Positions 1 through 9,953 of a stretch of 44,444 nucleotides of DNA are shown piece by piece. The DNA is taken from positions 1-44,444 of the forward strand of contig JBDGUZ010000002.1 in assembly GCA_039585915.1 (NCBI GenBank), read 5' to 3'. Position 1 is the first letter of the stretch. The number at the start of each line of letters is the position of its first letter. The notes under the pieces are model-generated. The model worked only from the letters and a program-made list of their open reading frames with translations. It had not been told where the DNA came from and did not search any database. The DNA comes from Gemmatimonadota bacterium. Lineage in GTDB: Bacteria; Gemmatimonadota; Gemmatimonadetes; Palauibacterales; Palauibacteraceae. Position numbers and translations under genes: made by a program.

Positions 1-57
1 CTCGACCACACCGAACCCGGTCGCGGCCGACCCGGGATCGATGCCGAGATCTCTCAC
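1..57 (-). CDS. ruvC: Crossover junction endodeoxyribonuclease RuvC, first 19 codons only (gene runs off the left edge)
   Basis: Minus-strand reading from GTG at 57 gives VRDLGIDPGSAATGFGVVE, which matches the conserved RuvC N-terminal LGIDPG..TG(F/Y)GV motif. yebC-ruvC adjacency is a widespread conserved arrangement. It is absent from the ORF track because it is truncated. Confidence 0.7.
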   Translation of the reverse strand, partial: MRDLGIDPGSAATGFGVVE

Positions 58-66
58 TGGAAAGCC

Positions 67-95
67 GAAGGGACGGGGAGGTGCCCCGTCCCTTC
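67..95 (-). terminator. GC-rich stem-loop between yebC and ruvC (possible terminator or attenuator)
   Basis: Read directly: gaagggacgggg-aggtg-ccccgtcccttc, a perfect 12-bp stem with a 5-nt loop. It lies about 30 nt downstream of the yebC stop. On the minus strand it is followed by GGCTTTCC, only a short T run. Confidence 0.35.
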
Positions 96-127
96 GTCCA
101 ACCTGGAACACGATCCGGGAACCACTC

Positions 128-880
128 TCATTCAGCTCCCAGGGCAGCGAACGCCTCTTCGTCGACCTCGAAGTTCGCCCACAGCTTCATTACGTCATCA
201 TGCTCCTCGAGATCCTCGATCAGGCGGATGAGCCTCTCCGCCTCTCTCCCTTCGACCCGGATCGTGTTACTCGGCAACCAGGCGAGTTCCGCCTCGAGAA
301 TCTCGACCGCATCCTGGCGCAGGGCGTCCTGTACGACATGGAATTCGCTCACGGCGGTCGTCAGAACATGCGTTCCGTCCTCGGTAGTGAGGTCCTCGGC
401 CCCTGCCGTAATCGCCGACTCGAACACAGCTTCTTCCGCGAAGCGCGCCGCGTCGACGTATACCTGCCCCTTTCGCTCGAACATCCAGGCGACGGATCCG
501 GTCTGCCCAAGATTTCCCCCGGACTTCTCGATCCTGTGTCTGAGCTCCGCTACGGTGCGGTTCGTGTTGTCGGTTACGCACTCGATCAGCAGGGCGACCC
601 CACCGGGCCCGTACCCCTCGTAGGTCGTCTCCTCGAAGCTCATCCCGGGGAGCTCGCCCGTGCCGCGCTGAACAGCCCGGTCGATGTTCGCCGCCGGCAT
701 GTTCACAGCCTTCGCGCTCGCGATCGCTGTGCGCAGCCGGGAATTCATACTCGGGTCCCCGCCACCCAGGCGTGCGGCGACGGCGATCTCTCGGCCCATC
801 TTCCCGAACGTCCGGCCCCGGGCAGCGTCCGTCACCGCCTTCGCGCGCTTGATCTGCGACCATTTGCTGTGTCCGGCCAA
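128..880 (-). CDS. yebC: YebC/PmpR-family transcriptional/translational regulator
   Basis: The ORF 128..1039 contains the canonical family N-terminus (L)AGHSKWSQIKRAKA. The codon for that L is TTG at 880-878. Starting there removes the overlap with the upstream EF-G-like gene, which ends at 963. The rest (NSRLRTAIASAKAVNMP..., YEGYGPGGVALLIE) matches the family throughout. Confidence 0.9.
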   Translation of the reverse strand: MAGHSKWSQIKRAKAVTDAARGRTFGKMGREIAVAARLGGGDPSMNSRLRTAIASAKAVNMPAANIDRAVQRGTGELPGMSFEETTYEGYGPGGVALLIECVTDNTNRTVAELRHRIEKSGGNLGQTGSVAWMFERKGQVYVDAARFAEEAVFESAITAGAEDLTTEDGTHVLTTAVSEFHVVQDALRQDAVEILEAELAWLPSNTIRVEGREAERLIRLIEDLEEHDDVMKLWANFEVDEEAFAALGAE

Positions 881-962
881 ACTGCTCTCTCCCGTCAGTC
901 GTTCATCCGACCCTTCAGCCGCGGGTTCCGGCGGAGACCATGGCTGGAGGGGCGGCTGCGGA

Positions 963-3059
963 TCAGTGTCCTTCTTCCTCTTTGCGCGCCTCGGCGTCCG
1001 CCACGATCTTCGCCGTGACATCGTTCGGAACGGGCTCATATCCGTGGAGCTCGCGCGCGTGCAGGCCCTTTCCCTGGGTCAGCGATCGAAGCGAGGTCGA
1101 GTACTTATAGAGCTCCGCCAGCGGAACCTGCGCCTTCACTTCCTGCCAGTGTCCGTCAGCATCCATGCCCAGGATTCGGCCTCGGCGCTGGTTCAGGTCA
1201 CCGATCACGTCGCCCATGTAGTCTTCCGGTACCCGGACCGTGACGTTCATAATCGGTTCGAGAAGGATCGGTTTCGCGTCCTTCGCCACCTTTCGGAAGG
1301 CCATCGAGCCCGCGACCTTGAACGCCATCTCGGAGCTGTCGACCGAGTGGTACGAACCGTCGTAGCATTCCACCTCGAAATCGACGACTGGATACCCGGC
1401 AATCACTCCCCGCCCCGAGGCTTCCCTCACCCCCTTGTCGACAGCAGGAATAAACTTCCCTGGGATCGAGCCCCCGACGATCTTCTTGATGAACTCGTAG
1501 CCCTCTCCGCGAGCCCGGGGCCGAATCCGAATCCAGCAGTCACCAAACTGCCCTCGTCCGCCCGTCTGCTTCTTGTAACGTCCCTGCCCTTCGGCGGACC
1601 GGGTGATCGTCTCGCGGTAGGGGATCCGGGGCGGTTCCGTCTCCACATGGACTGCGTATTTCCTGGACAGCCGCTCCATCGCGATGTTCAGGTGCAGCTC
1701 GCCGAGTCCGCGCGCGATCGTCTGGCCGAGTTCCGATTCGAAGCTCGCGGAGAACGTCGGATCCTCTTCGTGCAACTTCGTCAGACCGTTGGCCAGCTTG
1801 TCTTCCTCTCCACGCGAAGCAGCCTTGATGGCAATCGAGATGTCCGCTTTCGGCCAGTTGATTCCCGGCAGCGTGAGTCCCTTGCCCTGCGTGCACAGCG
1901 TGTCGCCCGTATGCGTGTCCTTCAGCTTGGCCACCACGCCAATATCTCCGGCATGCAGCCGCTCGACCTCGGCACGCGTCGTAGCGTCCGGAATCCCGAG
2001 GTGCGAGATCCGCTCGCTGGAGCCGCGCGCGGCGTTGTCGACCGTCGCTCCGCTTTGCGCTACGCCGGTGAACACGCGGAAAAAACTCAACTCTCCGACC
2101 CTGGGCTCCTGGGTGGTCTTGAACACGAGGGCCGTCATGGAAGATCCGTCAGCGGGCTCCAGCTCCACGACATTGCCCCGCGAGTCCTCCGCCTGGACGA
2201 CTCCGATCTCCGAGGGTGCGGGCATCAGCTCGACGAGCTTCTTGAGTACGGCTCGTACTCCCTTCCCGCTGGCCCCGGACCCGCAGAACACAGGGAATAA
2301 CTCGCCACGCGCCATCCCGAGCTTCATGCCCGTGAGAACCCGGTCACGATCCAGTTCTTCACCCTCGAGATACGCCTCCAGTAAGGCGTCGTCTGTGGCG
2401 GCGATCGACTCGATCAGCTGCTCGCGGTACTTCTCGACGGCGGCGGACACCTCGTCAGGGATCTCGACGTGGTCGTACTCGCCCTTGCTCGACCCGGGTC
2501 GGTAATGATGCGCGTGCCCGGAGAACAGGTTGACGATCCCGCTGAAATGTTCGCCGCTTCCGATCGGCACCTCGACCGGGATCGCGCCCTTGCCGAAGGA
2601 GTCGCGCACCTGCTGGAACGCCTTGTCGAAGCTCGCGTTTTCCCGGTCCATCATGCTGATGAACACCATCCGCGGGATGCCGTGTCGTTCTGCGGCGCGC
2701 CAGCAGCGCTCCGTCCCTACCTCGACTCCCGACGTGGCGCCGACGACAACGAGAGCGCCGTCCGCGACCCTGACTCCCGCTTCCACTTCACCAAAGAAGT
2801 CGAGGTATCCCGGAGTGTCGATCAGGTTGAGCTTCGTGTCCATCCACTCGGCCCTGGCCACCGCGAGATTGATGGAAATCCCGTGGTCAATCTCTTCCTG
2901 TGTAAAGTCCGTATGCGACGTCCCGTTCTCGACCTGGCCCCGCCGTGTCGTCGAGCCGGTGATATAGCACAGCGAATCGGTCAGAGTCGTTTTGCCACTT
3001 CCACCGTGACCGAGAAGAACGACGTTTCTGATGTTAGAGGAGCGGTATTCGACAGCCAT
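963..3059 (-). CDS. fusA: Elongation factor G-like GTPase (EF-G paralog with divergent P-loop)
   Basis: 698 aa, which is EF-G length. G1 is GHGGSGKTT (canonical EF-G has AHIDAGKTT). G3 is DTPGYLDF and the G4-like element is SMMDR. Domains II-V have an EF-G-like layout (for example GELHL..., KKQTGGRGQFG, and the C-terminal PLAELYKYSTSLRSLTQG). Confidence 0.85.
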   Translation of the reverse strand: MAVEYRSSNIRNVVLLGHGGSGKTTLTDSLCYITGSTTRRGQVENGTSHTDFTQEEIDHGISINLAVARAEWMDTKLNLIDTPGYLDFFGEVEAGVRVADGALVVVGATSGVEVGTERCWRAAERHGIPRMVFISMMDRENASFDKAFQQVRDSFGKGAIPVEVPIGSGEHFSGIVNLFSGHAHHYRPGSSKGEYDHVEIPDEVSAAVEKYREQLIESIAATDDALLEAYLEGEELDRDRVLTGMKLGMARGELFPVFCGSGASGKGVRAVLKKLVELMPAPSEIGVVQAEDSRGNVVELEPADGSSMTALVFKTTQEPRVGELSFFRVFTGVAQSGATVDNAARGSSERISHLGIPDATTRAEVERLHAGDIGVVAKLKDTHTGDTLCTQGKGLTLPGINWPKADISIAIKAASRGEEDKLANGLTKLHEEDPTFSASFESELGQTIARGLGELHLNIAMERLSRKYAVHVETEPPRIPYRETITRSAEGQGRYKKQTGGRGQFGDCWIRIRPRARGEGYEFIKKIVGGSIPGKFIPAVDKGVREASGRGVIAGYPVVDFEVECYDGSYHSVDSSEMAFKVAGSMAFRKVAKDAKPILLEPIMNVTVRVPEDYMGDVIGDLNQRRGRILGMDADGHWQEVKAQVPLAELYKYSTSLRSLTQGKGLHARELHGYEPVPNDVTAKIVADAEARKEEEGH

Positions 3060-3155
3060 CGCGCCTTTGCCTCCAGGCTGGGGAGTGATTCGAAGAGGGA
3101 CAGACCTGCCATTCTATCCGCGACGTCGGCGACCCGAAAGGTCGGTCTGCGGGTC

Positions 3156-4106
3156 TCAGTGCGTTCGGTCCGGGTCGGTCCTCCGCTGACTCATTTCATT
3201 AAGGAACTTCAACTCAGCCGGCGTGAGAGATTCCATTCCCTTCTCGCCGATCTTGTCCAGAATCCGGTTGACCTCGTCCAGCGTATCGCCGGAGCGCGGC
3301 GCCCGGGGCTTACGTCTCGTCTGCCGTTTCCGTCCGTCATCGGGCGAATCCCGTTCAACGGTCTTCAGACCACGTCGCGATCTTTTCACCCTCACCAGCG
3401 CACGGTCCGCCGAGCGTTCGATCCGATTCCCGTATCGGAGCCACAGCCAACCTGCGACCAGCCCTCCCAGGTGTGCCCAGTGAGCCGTACTGCCTGCTGT
3501 CCGACTGGACGAGAATGTCGAATAAAATGTGAGTAGGGCTAGAAACCCGACAAAGTACTTCGCCTTTATCGGGAGAAGGAACCACAGGTAGATCGGAGCG
3601 TCCGGCCAGGTCATCGCGAACGCCAGGAGAATCCCGAATACGGCGGCCGACGCTCCCACCATCGGTGCGACCCCGACGATGTTGACGAGCAGCAGCGCCG
3701 CGAGGGCCCCGCCAATACCGCACACCAGGTAGTAAGTAATGAACTCCCGACTGCCCCACGCCCGCTCCAGCGGGGGACCGAAGAAGAACAGGGCGAGCAT
3801 GTTGAAGAACACGTGCCCGAAGCCTGCATGGACGAACATGTAGGTGACGATCGTCCACGGTCGGGTCAGAATCCGGTCGACGGAGAACGCCAGCAGATCG
3901 CTGGCTGTACTCCACGGGACCAGGCCGATCGCCATCACGGCCCAGATCCCGAAGTTGATCACCAGGAGCTTCTTCACCCACGGCGTAAGCGACGCGAACG
4001 GGTCCCGGCGTCCGCCCCCGCCCGGGCCTTCGCCCGCTCCGACGCCGAAACCGCCCCCGGCTGCTCGCTGCGGCCCTCCCGTGTACGACCGGTCCCACAG
4101 ACCCAT
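3156..4106 (-). CDS. Rhomboid-family intramembrane serine protease with C-terminal soluble extension
   Basis: HxxxN motif (GHVFFN), GxSx catalytic serine motif (GASAAVFG), catalytic His in AHLGGLVAG, and multiple predicted TM helices. Confidence 0.85.
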   Translation of the reverse strand: MGLWDRSYTGGPQRAAGGGFGVGAGEGPGGGGRRDPFASLTPWVKKLLVINFGIWAVMAIGLVPWSTASDLLAFSVDRILTRPWTIVTYMFVHAGFGHVFFNMLALFFFGPPLERAWGSREFITYYLVCGIGGALAALLLVNIVGVAPMVGASAAVFGILLAFAMTWPDAPIYLWFLLPIKAKYFVGFLALLTFYSTFSSSRTAGSTAHWAHLGGLVAGWLWLRYGNRIERSADRALVRVKRSRRGLKTVERDSPDDGRKRQTRRKPRAPRSGDTLDEVNRILDKIGEKGMESLTPAELKFLNEMSQRRTDPDRTH

Positions 4107-4111
4107 GCCGG

Positions 4112-5137
4112 TCAGCTCCCCCCTTCGCGTTCGGAACCTTCCACACTCGCCGCTGCGGAGATCCGCTCACATAGCTCCGGAAACTCGATTCCCGCAGCGG
4201 CGGCAGCCTTCGGTACCAGGCTCGTGGCCGTGAGACCCGGAACGGAATTCGCCTCCAGGCACCAGAACATGCCGGCCTCGTCCCTCCGGAAATCTATGCG
4301 ACTGAACGAGTTCTGGCGCAAAGCGTGATAGGCGCGTACCGCCAGTTCCGCCAACCGGTCCGACTCATCGCCGTCGAGGGCCGCCGGCGTTTCGTAGCGC
4401 GACATCCCCGGTGTGTACTTCGATTCGTAGTCGTAGATCTCGTTCCCCGGAAAAATCTCCACTGCCGGCAGTGGTTCGCCATCCAGTACCGTCACCGTGA
4501 GTTCCCGTCCTGGAATAAACTCCTCGCACAACACGTCCGTGTCGTAGCGCACGGCGAGCCCGATCGCGGCTCTGAGCTCCTCCGCCTGGCGCACGATGGT
4601 CAGGCCGACCGTGGACCCTCCACACGAAGGCTTCACCACCAGCGGAAGCCCCAGGCTGGCGAGGGTCGAGCCCGGCGCCTGGCTTCGCGGTGCCCAGGCC
4701 GGCGTCGGAATACCGGCTTGAGCCAGCAGCTCCTTCGACAGCCGCTTGTCGAACGCGATCGACGAGCCGATGAACCCGCTTCCGGTGTACGGGACTCCTC
4801 CCACATCGAGTAACGCCTGCACACGGCCGTTCTCGCCGTCGCCGCCGTGGAGGGCTATGAACGCGACGTCCGCGTCGCGCACGGCAGGCAACTCCGCCAG
4901 CGCGGTTCCCAGCGCTGCCATCCCCATCGCCCGAAGGTCTTCGATCTCGGGTGGGGCCGGGCCGACCGCGCCCCCGAGATAATGGTCCTCCTCGTCACCC
5001 GGGATCGCACCGAACGCAGGATCGACCGCGACGACCGAATGGCCGCGGCTGCGTAACGCCTCGACCACGGCCCGGCCGGACGCGAGCGACACCTTGCGCT
5101 CTTCGCTCGTTCCTCCAAGTAGAACGGCTATTCGCAT
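4112..5137 (-). CDS. ddl: D-alanine--D-alanine ligase
   Basis: The N-terminus MRIAVLLGGTSEERKVSLASG is the canonical Ddl start, and the ATP-grasp body follows. ATG at 5137 is preceded by GAGGGGAAG. The ORF track extends the gene to TTG at 5146, which overlaps the upstream stop. Confidence 0.9.
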   Translation of the reverse strand: MRIAVLLGGTSEERKVSLASGRAVVEALRSRGHSVVAVDPAFGAIPGDEEDHYLGGAVGPAPPEIEDLRAMGMAALGTALAELPAVRDADVAFIALHGGDGENGRVQALLDVGGVPYTGSGFIGSSIAFDKRLSKELLAQAGIPTPAWAPRSQAPGSTLASLGLPLVVKPSCGGSTVGLTIVRQAEELRAAIGLAVRYDTDVLCEEFIPGRELTVTVLDGEPLPAVEIFPGNEIYDYESKYTPGMSRYETPAALDGDESDRLAELAVRAYHALRQNSFSRIDFRRDEAGMFWCLEANSVPGLTATSLVPKAAAAAGIEFPELCERISAAASVEGSEREGGS

Positions 5138-5142
5138 CGCGT

Positions 5143-6180
5143 TCAACTTCCCCTCTCGACTTCGGTCTCGAGCACCTCCGCCAGCCCGTTGTCCCGCAGC
5201 CAGTCTTCGTCGAACACCTTCGACAGGTATCGTTCCCCCGTGTCACAAAGCAGGGTCACGACACACGATTCGGGATCGTCCAGTTCCCGTGCCACGTCGA
5301 GCGCCACCTGGACGATCAGCCCGGTCGAGGCACCTGCCAGCAGTCCCTCTTCGCGCGCGAGCCGTCGCGCCATCGAGAAGGCCTCGACATCGGTCACGGT
5401 GCGGAATTCATCGATCCACTCGAAGTGGAGGGTCGACGAGATCTTGTCGTTTCCGATACCCTCGACGAGGTACGGCGCGTCCTCACCTTTCACTCCGGTG
5501 CGCGAGTACTCAGCATAGATCGAGCCGACGGGATCACCCGCCACGATCCGGATCGCACCGTTCATTTCCTTCAGGAAGCGCGCGGTTCCGCTGATCGTCC
5601 CTCCCGTCCCCGGGGACGCGACAAAGTGAGTCACAGCTCCAGCCGTCTGCTTCCAGATCTCCGGACCGGTCGTCAGGTAGTGCACCTCGGGGTTTTCCTG
5701 GTTGTAGTGCTGGTTCGTCATGAACGCCCCGGGCGTCTCCTGCGCGATTCTCTTCGCCGCGTTGACATAGTAGTCCGGGTGGTCAGGCGAAACGTTAGAG
5801 GGTGTAATGACCACTTCGGCCCCGAATGCACGCAGGAGATTGATCTTCTCGGCGCTCATCTTGTCGGGAATCGTGAAGATGCACCTGTACCCCCGCACGG
5901 CGGCCACCACCGCCAGTCCGACCCCGGTATTCCCCGACGTCCCCTCCACGACCGTTCCGCCCGGCCCGAGGAGGCCCTCCCGCTCGGCCACCTCGATCAT
6001 CGCGAGGCCGATCCGGTCTTTTACCGAACCACCCGGATTGAATGACTCTGCCTTGATGAACACGGGCGTACGGATGCCCTCCGAGACCCGATTCAGTCGA
6101 ATGAGCGGAGTCCACCCGATCGCGTCGAGTACGCTGTCCATGGGACCCACGCCGGTACGGTCAGGGGAGGGTTCGGTCAT
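5143..6180 (-). CDS. PLP-dependent cysteine synthase / cystathionine beta-synthase family enzyme (no CBS-pair domain)
   Basis: PLP-lysine motif NPGGSVKDR, glycine loop GTSGNTG, and a length of ~345 aa typical of CysK/CysM-like enzymes. Confidence 0.85.
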   Translation of the reverse strand: MTEPSPDRTGVGPMDSVLDAIGWTPLIRLNRVSEGIRTPVFIKAESFNPGGSVKDRIGLAMIEVAEREGLLGPGGTVVEGTSGNTGVGLAVVAAVRGYRCIFTIPDKMSAEKINLLRAFGAEVVITPSNVSPDHPDYYVNAAKRIAQETPGAFMTNQHYNQENPEVHYLTTGPEIWKQTAGAVTHFVASPGTGGTISGTARFLKEMNGAIRIVAGDPVGSIYAEYSRTGVKGEDAPYLVEGIGNDKISSTLHFEWIDEFRTVTDVEAFSMARRLAREEGLLAGASTGLIVQVALDVARELDDPESCVVTLLCDTGERYLSKVFDEDWLRDNGLAEVLETEVERGS

Positions 6181-6583
6181 CGGCGGCTGCTTCTCCGGGA
6201 AGGGGATATATGACAGGCAGGCGGCCCCAGATCGGAACCGCTTGACCGCCCTGCTCGGCAGGGCGGTACAACAGCTTGGACGAATTCGCGACAGCTGCCG
6301 AATCGAGCAGCTTGTGACCGCTCGACTGCAGGACGAAGGCCGAGTCGACCGTACCGTCGGCGTCGATCATGATTTTGAGTACGGTGGTCCCACCGATTCC
6401 ATCCTCCCAGGCGCCGCGAGGAAACTCGAATACATCGCTTTCTATCGCCGCCGGCGGTCGCAGAGGCCCGTCGTCGAGTCCGAGGCGAAGCCCACCCCGA
6501 TTCGGATTCACCGTGTCTGCGCAGCCGACGAGGACGACACATGTCGCGGCGACGAGCGCTCCGTTCCGCGTGGGCCTGCTCAT
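6161..6583 (-). CDS. Lipoprotein with TonB C-terminal-like domain
   Basis: Lipobox-like LVGC after the N-terminal hydrophobic stretch. The C-terminal part (GTTVLKIMIDADGTVDSAFVLQSSGHKLLDSAAV...YRPA) fits the TonB_C pattern. Its start overlaps the mutS stop (ATGA). Confidence 0.65.
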   Translation of the reverse strand: MSRPTRNGALVAATCVVLVGCADTVNPNRGGLRLGLDDGPLRPPAAIESDVFEFPRGAWEDGIGGTTVLKIMIDADGTVDSAFVLQSSGHKLLDSAAVANSSKLLYRPAEQGGQAVPIWGRLPVIYPLPGEAAADDRTLP

Positions 6584-9153
6584 TGGTCTTCCTCGACCAT
6601 TCGCTTCATCTCGTTCACCAGCACGAGCGCTTCCACCGGGGTGAGCCGGTCCACATCCACCGCCGTTATCTTCTCGGCCAGTGCGGGGTCGCGACCGCCG
6701 AACAACGACAGCTGGTCCCGGGCGCGGTCCACCAGGTGCGCCAGTCTCGTTCCACCGTCGGGTCCTTCCTCGAGTTCGTGCAGTACTTCGAATGCGCGAT
6801 CGATCACGGGGCGCGGAACGCCCGCCAGCCGGGCCACGTGCACTCCGTAGGATCGATCACATCCTCCCGGCTCGAGTCGTCGCAGAAACACGATGTCCTC
6901 CCCGGTCTCCCGCACGGCGACGTTCCATGCGCCAACCCCGGGAAGCGAGTCCGCCAGTTCTACGAGCTCGTGGTAGTGGGTCGCGAAAACGGTCCTCGCT
7001 CCCACCCGTTCGTGAATGTACTCCGTAACCGCCCACGCGATCGCCACGCCATCGTAAGTCGACGTCCCGCGACCGATCTCGTCGAGCAGGATCAGACTCC
7101 GGTCCGTCGCTCCGTTGAGAATCGTGGCCGTCTCCGTCATCTCGACCATGAACGTGCTTTGACCGCGCGCGAGGCTGTCTGAGGCGCCGACCCGGGTGAA
7201 CACACGATCGCACAGTCCGATCTTCGCCCGATCGGCCGGCACGAACGAGCCGACCTGAGCCATGAGAGCGATCAGACCAACCTGGCGAAGCACCGTCGAC
7301 TTCCCGGCCATGTTCGGCCCGGTGAGGACCATCACGAATCCGTCACGGTCCAGCGCGATGTCGTTCGGGATGAAGTCGTCCCGAGCGATCCGCTGCTCGA
7401 CCACCGGGTGACGACCGGCCTCGATCTCGAGACCGAATCGGTCAGTCACCTCGGGACGGACATACCGGTCCCGCTCGGCGCTCTCCGCCAGCGACGCGTG
7501 GACGTCCAGCTCCGCCAGCCGCTCCGCCGCATCCTGAATCCGCGACACCTGTTTCGCGAGGTCTTCGCGCAACTCGCGGAACAGGCTCGCCTCGACCTCG
7601 GCGATCCTGGCCTCGGCATCGAACACCTTCGCTTCCCACTCCTTGAGTTCCGGAGTGATGAACCGCTCCGCGTTCGCCAGCGTCTGCTTCCGCTCGAATC
7701 GCTCGGGCACCCGGTCGAGGTTCGATCGCGTGACTTCGATGTAGTACCCGAACACCTTGTTGTAGCCAACCTTCAGGCTGTCGATACCCGTGCTCTTCCG
7801 CTCGTCGGCCTGCAACCTGGCGATCCAGTCGACAGCCCCGTCCCGCAATTCCCGCAGCCCGTCCAGCCCGCGATCGTACCCACTCCGCACTACCCCGCCG
7901 GCCGACAGGGCGACGGGCGAGTCTGGATCGATCGCGGCATCGATCCTCTGCCGAACGTCGGACAGCGGATCAAAATCCGAAGCGATGGTCCGCAATTTCA
8001 GGGCGACCGATGGCGCGATCAATTCACCGACAGCCGGAAGCGGCTCGAGAGAACGACCGAGGCTCAACACCTCCCTCGGGGCGACGCGTCCCAGCGCGAT
8101 CCGGGCCGCCAGTCGCTCGAGATCCCGCACGTCGCCGAGCGCCGAACGCAGTTCGCGCCTTCGATCACGCTCCTCCACGAGCTCCGCCACCGCGTCGAGT
8201 CTCGCGTCGATGTCCTGCCGGTCCACGAGCGGCCGGAGGATCCGCCGTCTGAGCATCCGTCGTCCCATCGGCGTCTTCGTCCGGTCCAGCACTTCGATCA
8301 GCGTTCCACCTTCGCCAGTCCGCAGAGGCTCTACGATTTCGAGATTCCGTCTCGTCATCTCATCGAGGTGCAGGAATCTGCCGCGTCGCTGGATCCGAGG
8401 AGCCCGGAGGTGACGCACTCCGCCGGGACGGATTTCCTCGAGGTACGCGGCAACGGCCCCGGCAGCTGCCACGAGATGCCGGTCGGAGGGAAGCTCGAAT
8501 CCGAATCCATCGATTCCAGCCGTGCGATATACTCTGCGCAGAGCTTCCGCGCCGACGTCCGCCTCGAACCGCCATGGCTCGCGCCGGGTCACCAGCCAGG
8601 GCCCCTCGGGCAGATCCGGAGAGGACGATCTCACCAGCAGTTCAGCGGGCTCGACCCGGTACAGCTCGTCAGCCAGGGCGCTCGCGTCACACTCCCAGAC
8701 TTCGACCTCGCCGGTGGACAGATCCGCGGTGGCGAGTCCGATCGGATCGTCTCCAGCTATCGCCGCGACGAACGTATTGCGCCCCATTTCGAGCAGAGAT
8801 TCGTCGATCACGGCTCCCGGTGTGACGACCTCCACGACTTCCCGCCGTACGAGTCCCTCTGCCTGCGAGGCGTCCTCGACCTGCTCGCAGATCGCCACCT
8901 TTCGTCCCAGGCGCACCAGCTTGGGGAGGTATTCGGGGAGCGCCTTTACCGGCACTCCAGCCAGTGGCACCTCCGACGATCCGTTGTTGCGTGACGTGAG
9001 CGTGATGCCGAGCAGTCGGCTTCCCTCCTCCGCGTCATCGAAGAACATCTCGTAGAAGTCTCCGACCCGGAAGAACAGAATCGCATCGGTGTGCCGCGAC
9101 TTGATGTCGAGATACTGCTGGATCAGTGGCGTTTGCGCCGCGGTTCGGCTCAC
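6580..9153 (-). CDS. mutS: DNA mismatch repair protein MutS
   Basis: N-terminal TPLIQQYLDIK, Walker A GPNMAGKST, STFMVEM, DEIGRGTSTYDG. 857 aa. Confidence 0.97.
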   Translation of the reverse strand: MSRTAAQTPLIQQYLDIKSRHTDAILFFRVGDFYEMFFDDAEEGSRLLGITLTSRNNGSSEVPLAGVPVKALPEYLPKLVRLGRKVAICEQVEDASQAEGLVRREVVEVVTPGAVIDESLLEMGRNTFVAAIAGDDPIGLATADLSTGEVEVWECDASALADELYRVEPAELLVRSSSPDLPEGPWLVTRREPWRFEADVGAEALRRVYRTAGIDGFGFELPSDRHLVAAAGAVAAYLEEIRPGGVRHLRAPRIQRRGRFLHLDEMTRRNLEIVEPLRTGEGGTLIEVLDRTKTPMGRRMLRRRILRPLVDRQDIDARLDAVAELVEERDRRRELRSALGDVRDLERLAARIALGRVAPREVLSLGRSLEPLPAVGELIAPSVALKLRTIASDFDPLSDVRQRIDAAIDPDSPVALSAGGVVRSGYDRGLDGLRELRDGAVDWIARLQADERKSTGIDSLKVGYNKVFGYYIEVTRSNLDRVPERFERKQTLANAERFITPELKEWEAKVFDAEARIAEVEASLFRELREDLAKQVSRIQDAAERLAELDVHASLAESAERDRYVRPEVTDRFGLEIEAGRHPVVEQRIARDDFIPNDIALDRDGFVMVLTGPNMAGKSTVLRQVGLIALMAQVGSFVPADRAKIGLCDRVFTRVGASDSLARGQSTFMVEMTETATILNGATDRSLILLDEIGRGTSTYDGVAIAWAVTEYIHERVGARTVFATHYHELVELADSLPGVGAWNVAVRETGEDIVFLRRLEPGGCDRSYGVHVARLAGVPRPVIDRAFEVLHELEEGPDGGTRLAHLVDRARDQLSLFGGRDPALAEKITAVDVDRLTPVEALVLVNEMKRMVEEDQ

Positions 9154-9953
9154 GGATCCTCCGACACGACGATTGCCTCGAACCCGTCCGAGCGAAGCCG
9201 AACAGCGAGCCGCGCCGCATCGTCCTTACGGGTGAAATGGCCGACGCGCACCCGGTAGAGCGGAGTCGATGTATCAGGATCGTGAACCCGGACGTCGACG
9301 CCCGTGGTGGCGGCACGGGACTGGATGTCTTCCGCCGCTTCCCGCCTCCCGAAGGCTCCCAGCTGGACCGTATAGCTGTCCGTTCCGTGTTCTACGATCT
9401 GCCCGGAGTCACAGGCCGAGAGTCCGTCCCTCGCCTGTGACACGATCGGATCGGATGGCGAACCGTCAGCGGCCCTCGTCCATGCGGCACATGCAGATGC
9501 GGGGTCGCCGAGACCTTCCAGGGCAAAGCCGCTCCACAGCCACGATTCCGGCACCAGCGAGCTGCCCGGAAAATCGGCTCGAAGCAACTCGAGATCCGCC
9601 GCGGCGATGGCGGGCCGGCCGCTGGTCAGCCGGAGCTGCGCGAGCCGGAGGCGGGCGAGGGCCCCGTAGTTCTCGCCGCCGCGCACCGCCGCTTCGAGGT
9701 AGTCTACCTCGGCTGAATCGACGTTCTCGGCCAGCCGGGCTCGCAAGAAGAGCGCTCTTCCCACGTCCGCATCGGGCCTGGTGGCCGACTCCGAATCCAG
9801 CCAGCTCCGCAGGTATTCCCTTGCCTGCTCCACGTCGCCGGCATCGGCAGCCATCTCCGCGGCTTCGAGACGATCGTCGATCTGCGATCGGACCACGGCC
9901 GGAGTGAAGAGGAGTGCCAGGACGGCGAGCAGAACGAGGATTCGCGGGCGCAT
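9150..9953 (-). CDS. Secreted TPR-like / SPOR-domain peptidoglycan-binding protein
   Basis: Signal peptide MRPRILVLLAVLALLF. C-terminal SPOR pattern YTVQLGAF..REAAEDIQSRA...LYRVRVGHFTRKDDAARLAVRL. Confidence 0.7.
   Translation of the reverse strand: MRPRILVLLAVLALLFTPAVVRSQIDDRLEAAEMAADAGDVEQAREYLRSWLDSESATRPDADVGRALFLRARLAENVDSAEVDYLEAAVRGGENYGALARLRLAQLRLTSGRPAIAAADLELLRADFPGSSLVPESWLWSGFALEGLGDPASACAAWTRAADGSPSDPIVSQARDGLSACDSGQIVEHGTDSYTVQLGAFGRREAAEDIQSRAATTGVDVRVHDPDTSTPLYRVRVGHFTRKDDAARLAVRLRSDGFEAIVVSEDP

Noticed and set aside
684-2300. Long plus-strand ORF (538 aa), together with similar long antisense ORFs elsewhere: 2469..3536, 4951..6045, 5807..6850, 7408..8994, 9914..11173, 12677..13561, 19693..20700, 21577..22212, 26295..27053, 27360..28340, 31033..31971, 32098..34695, 35260..36195, 36369..37577, 37559..38665.
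   Set aside because: Each lies antisense to, or out of frame within, a gene with strong, motif-level family identity. Their translations are Arg/Pro/Gly-rich low-complexity sequences typical of stop-poor alternative frames in high-GC DNA. None shows a recognisable motif.
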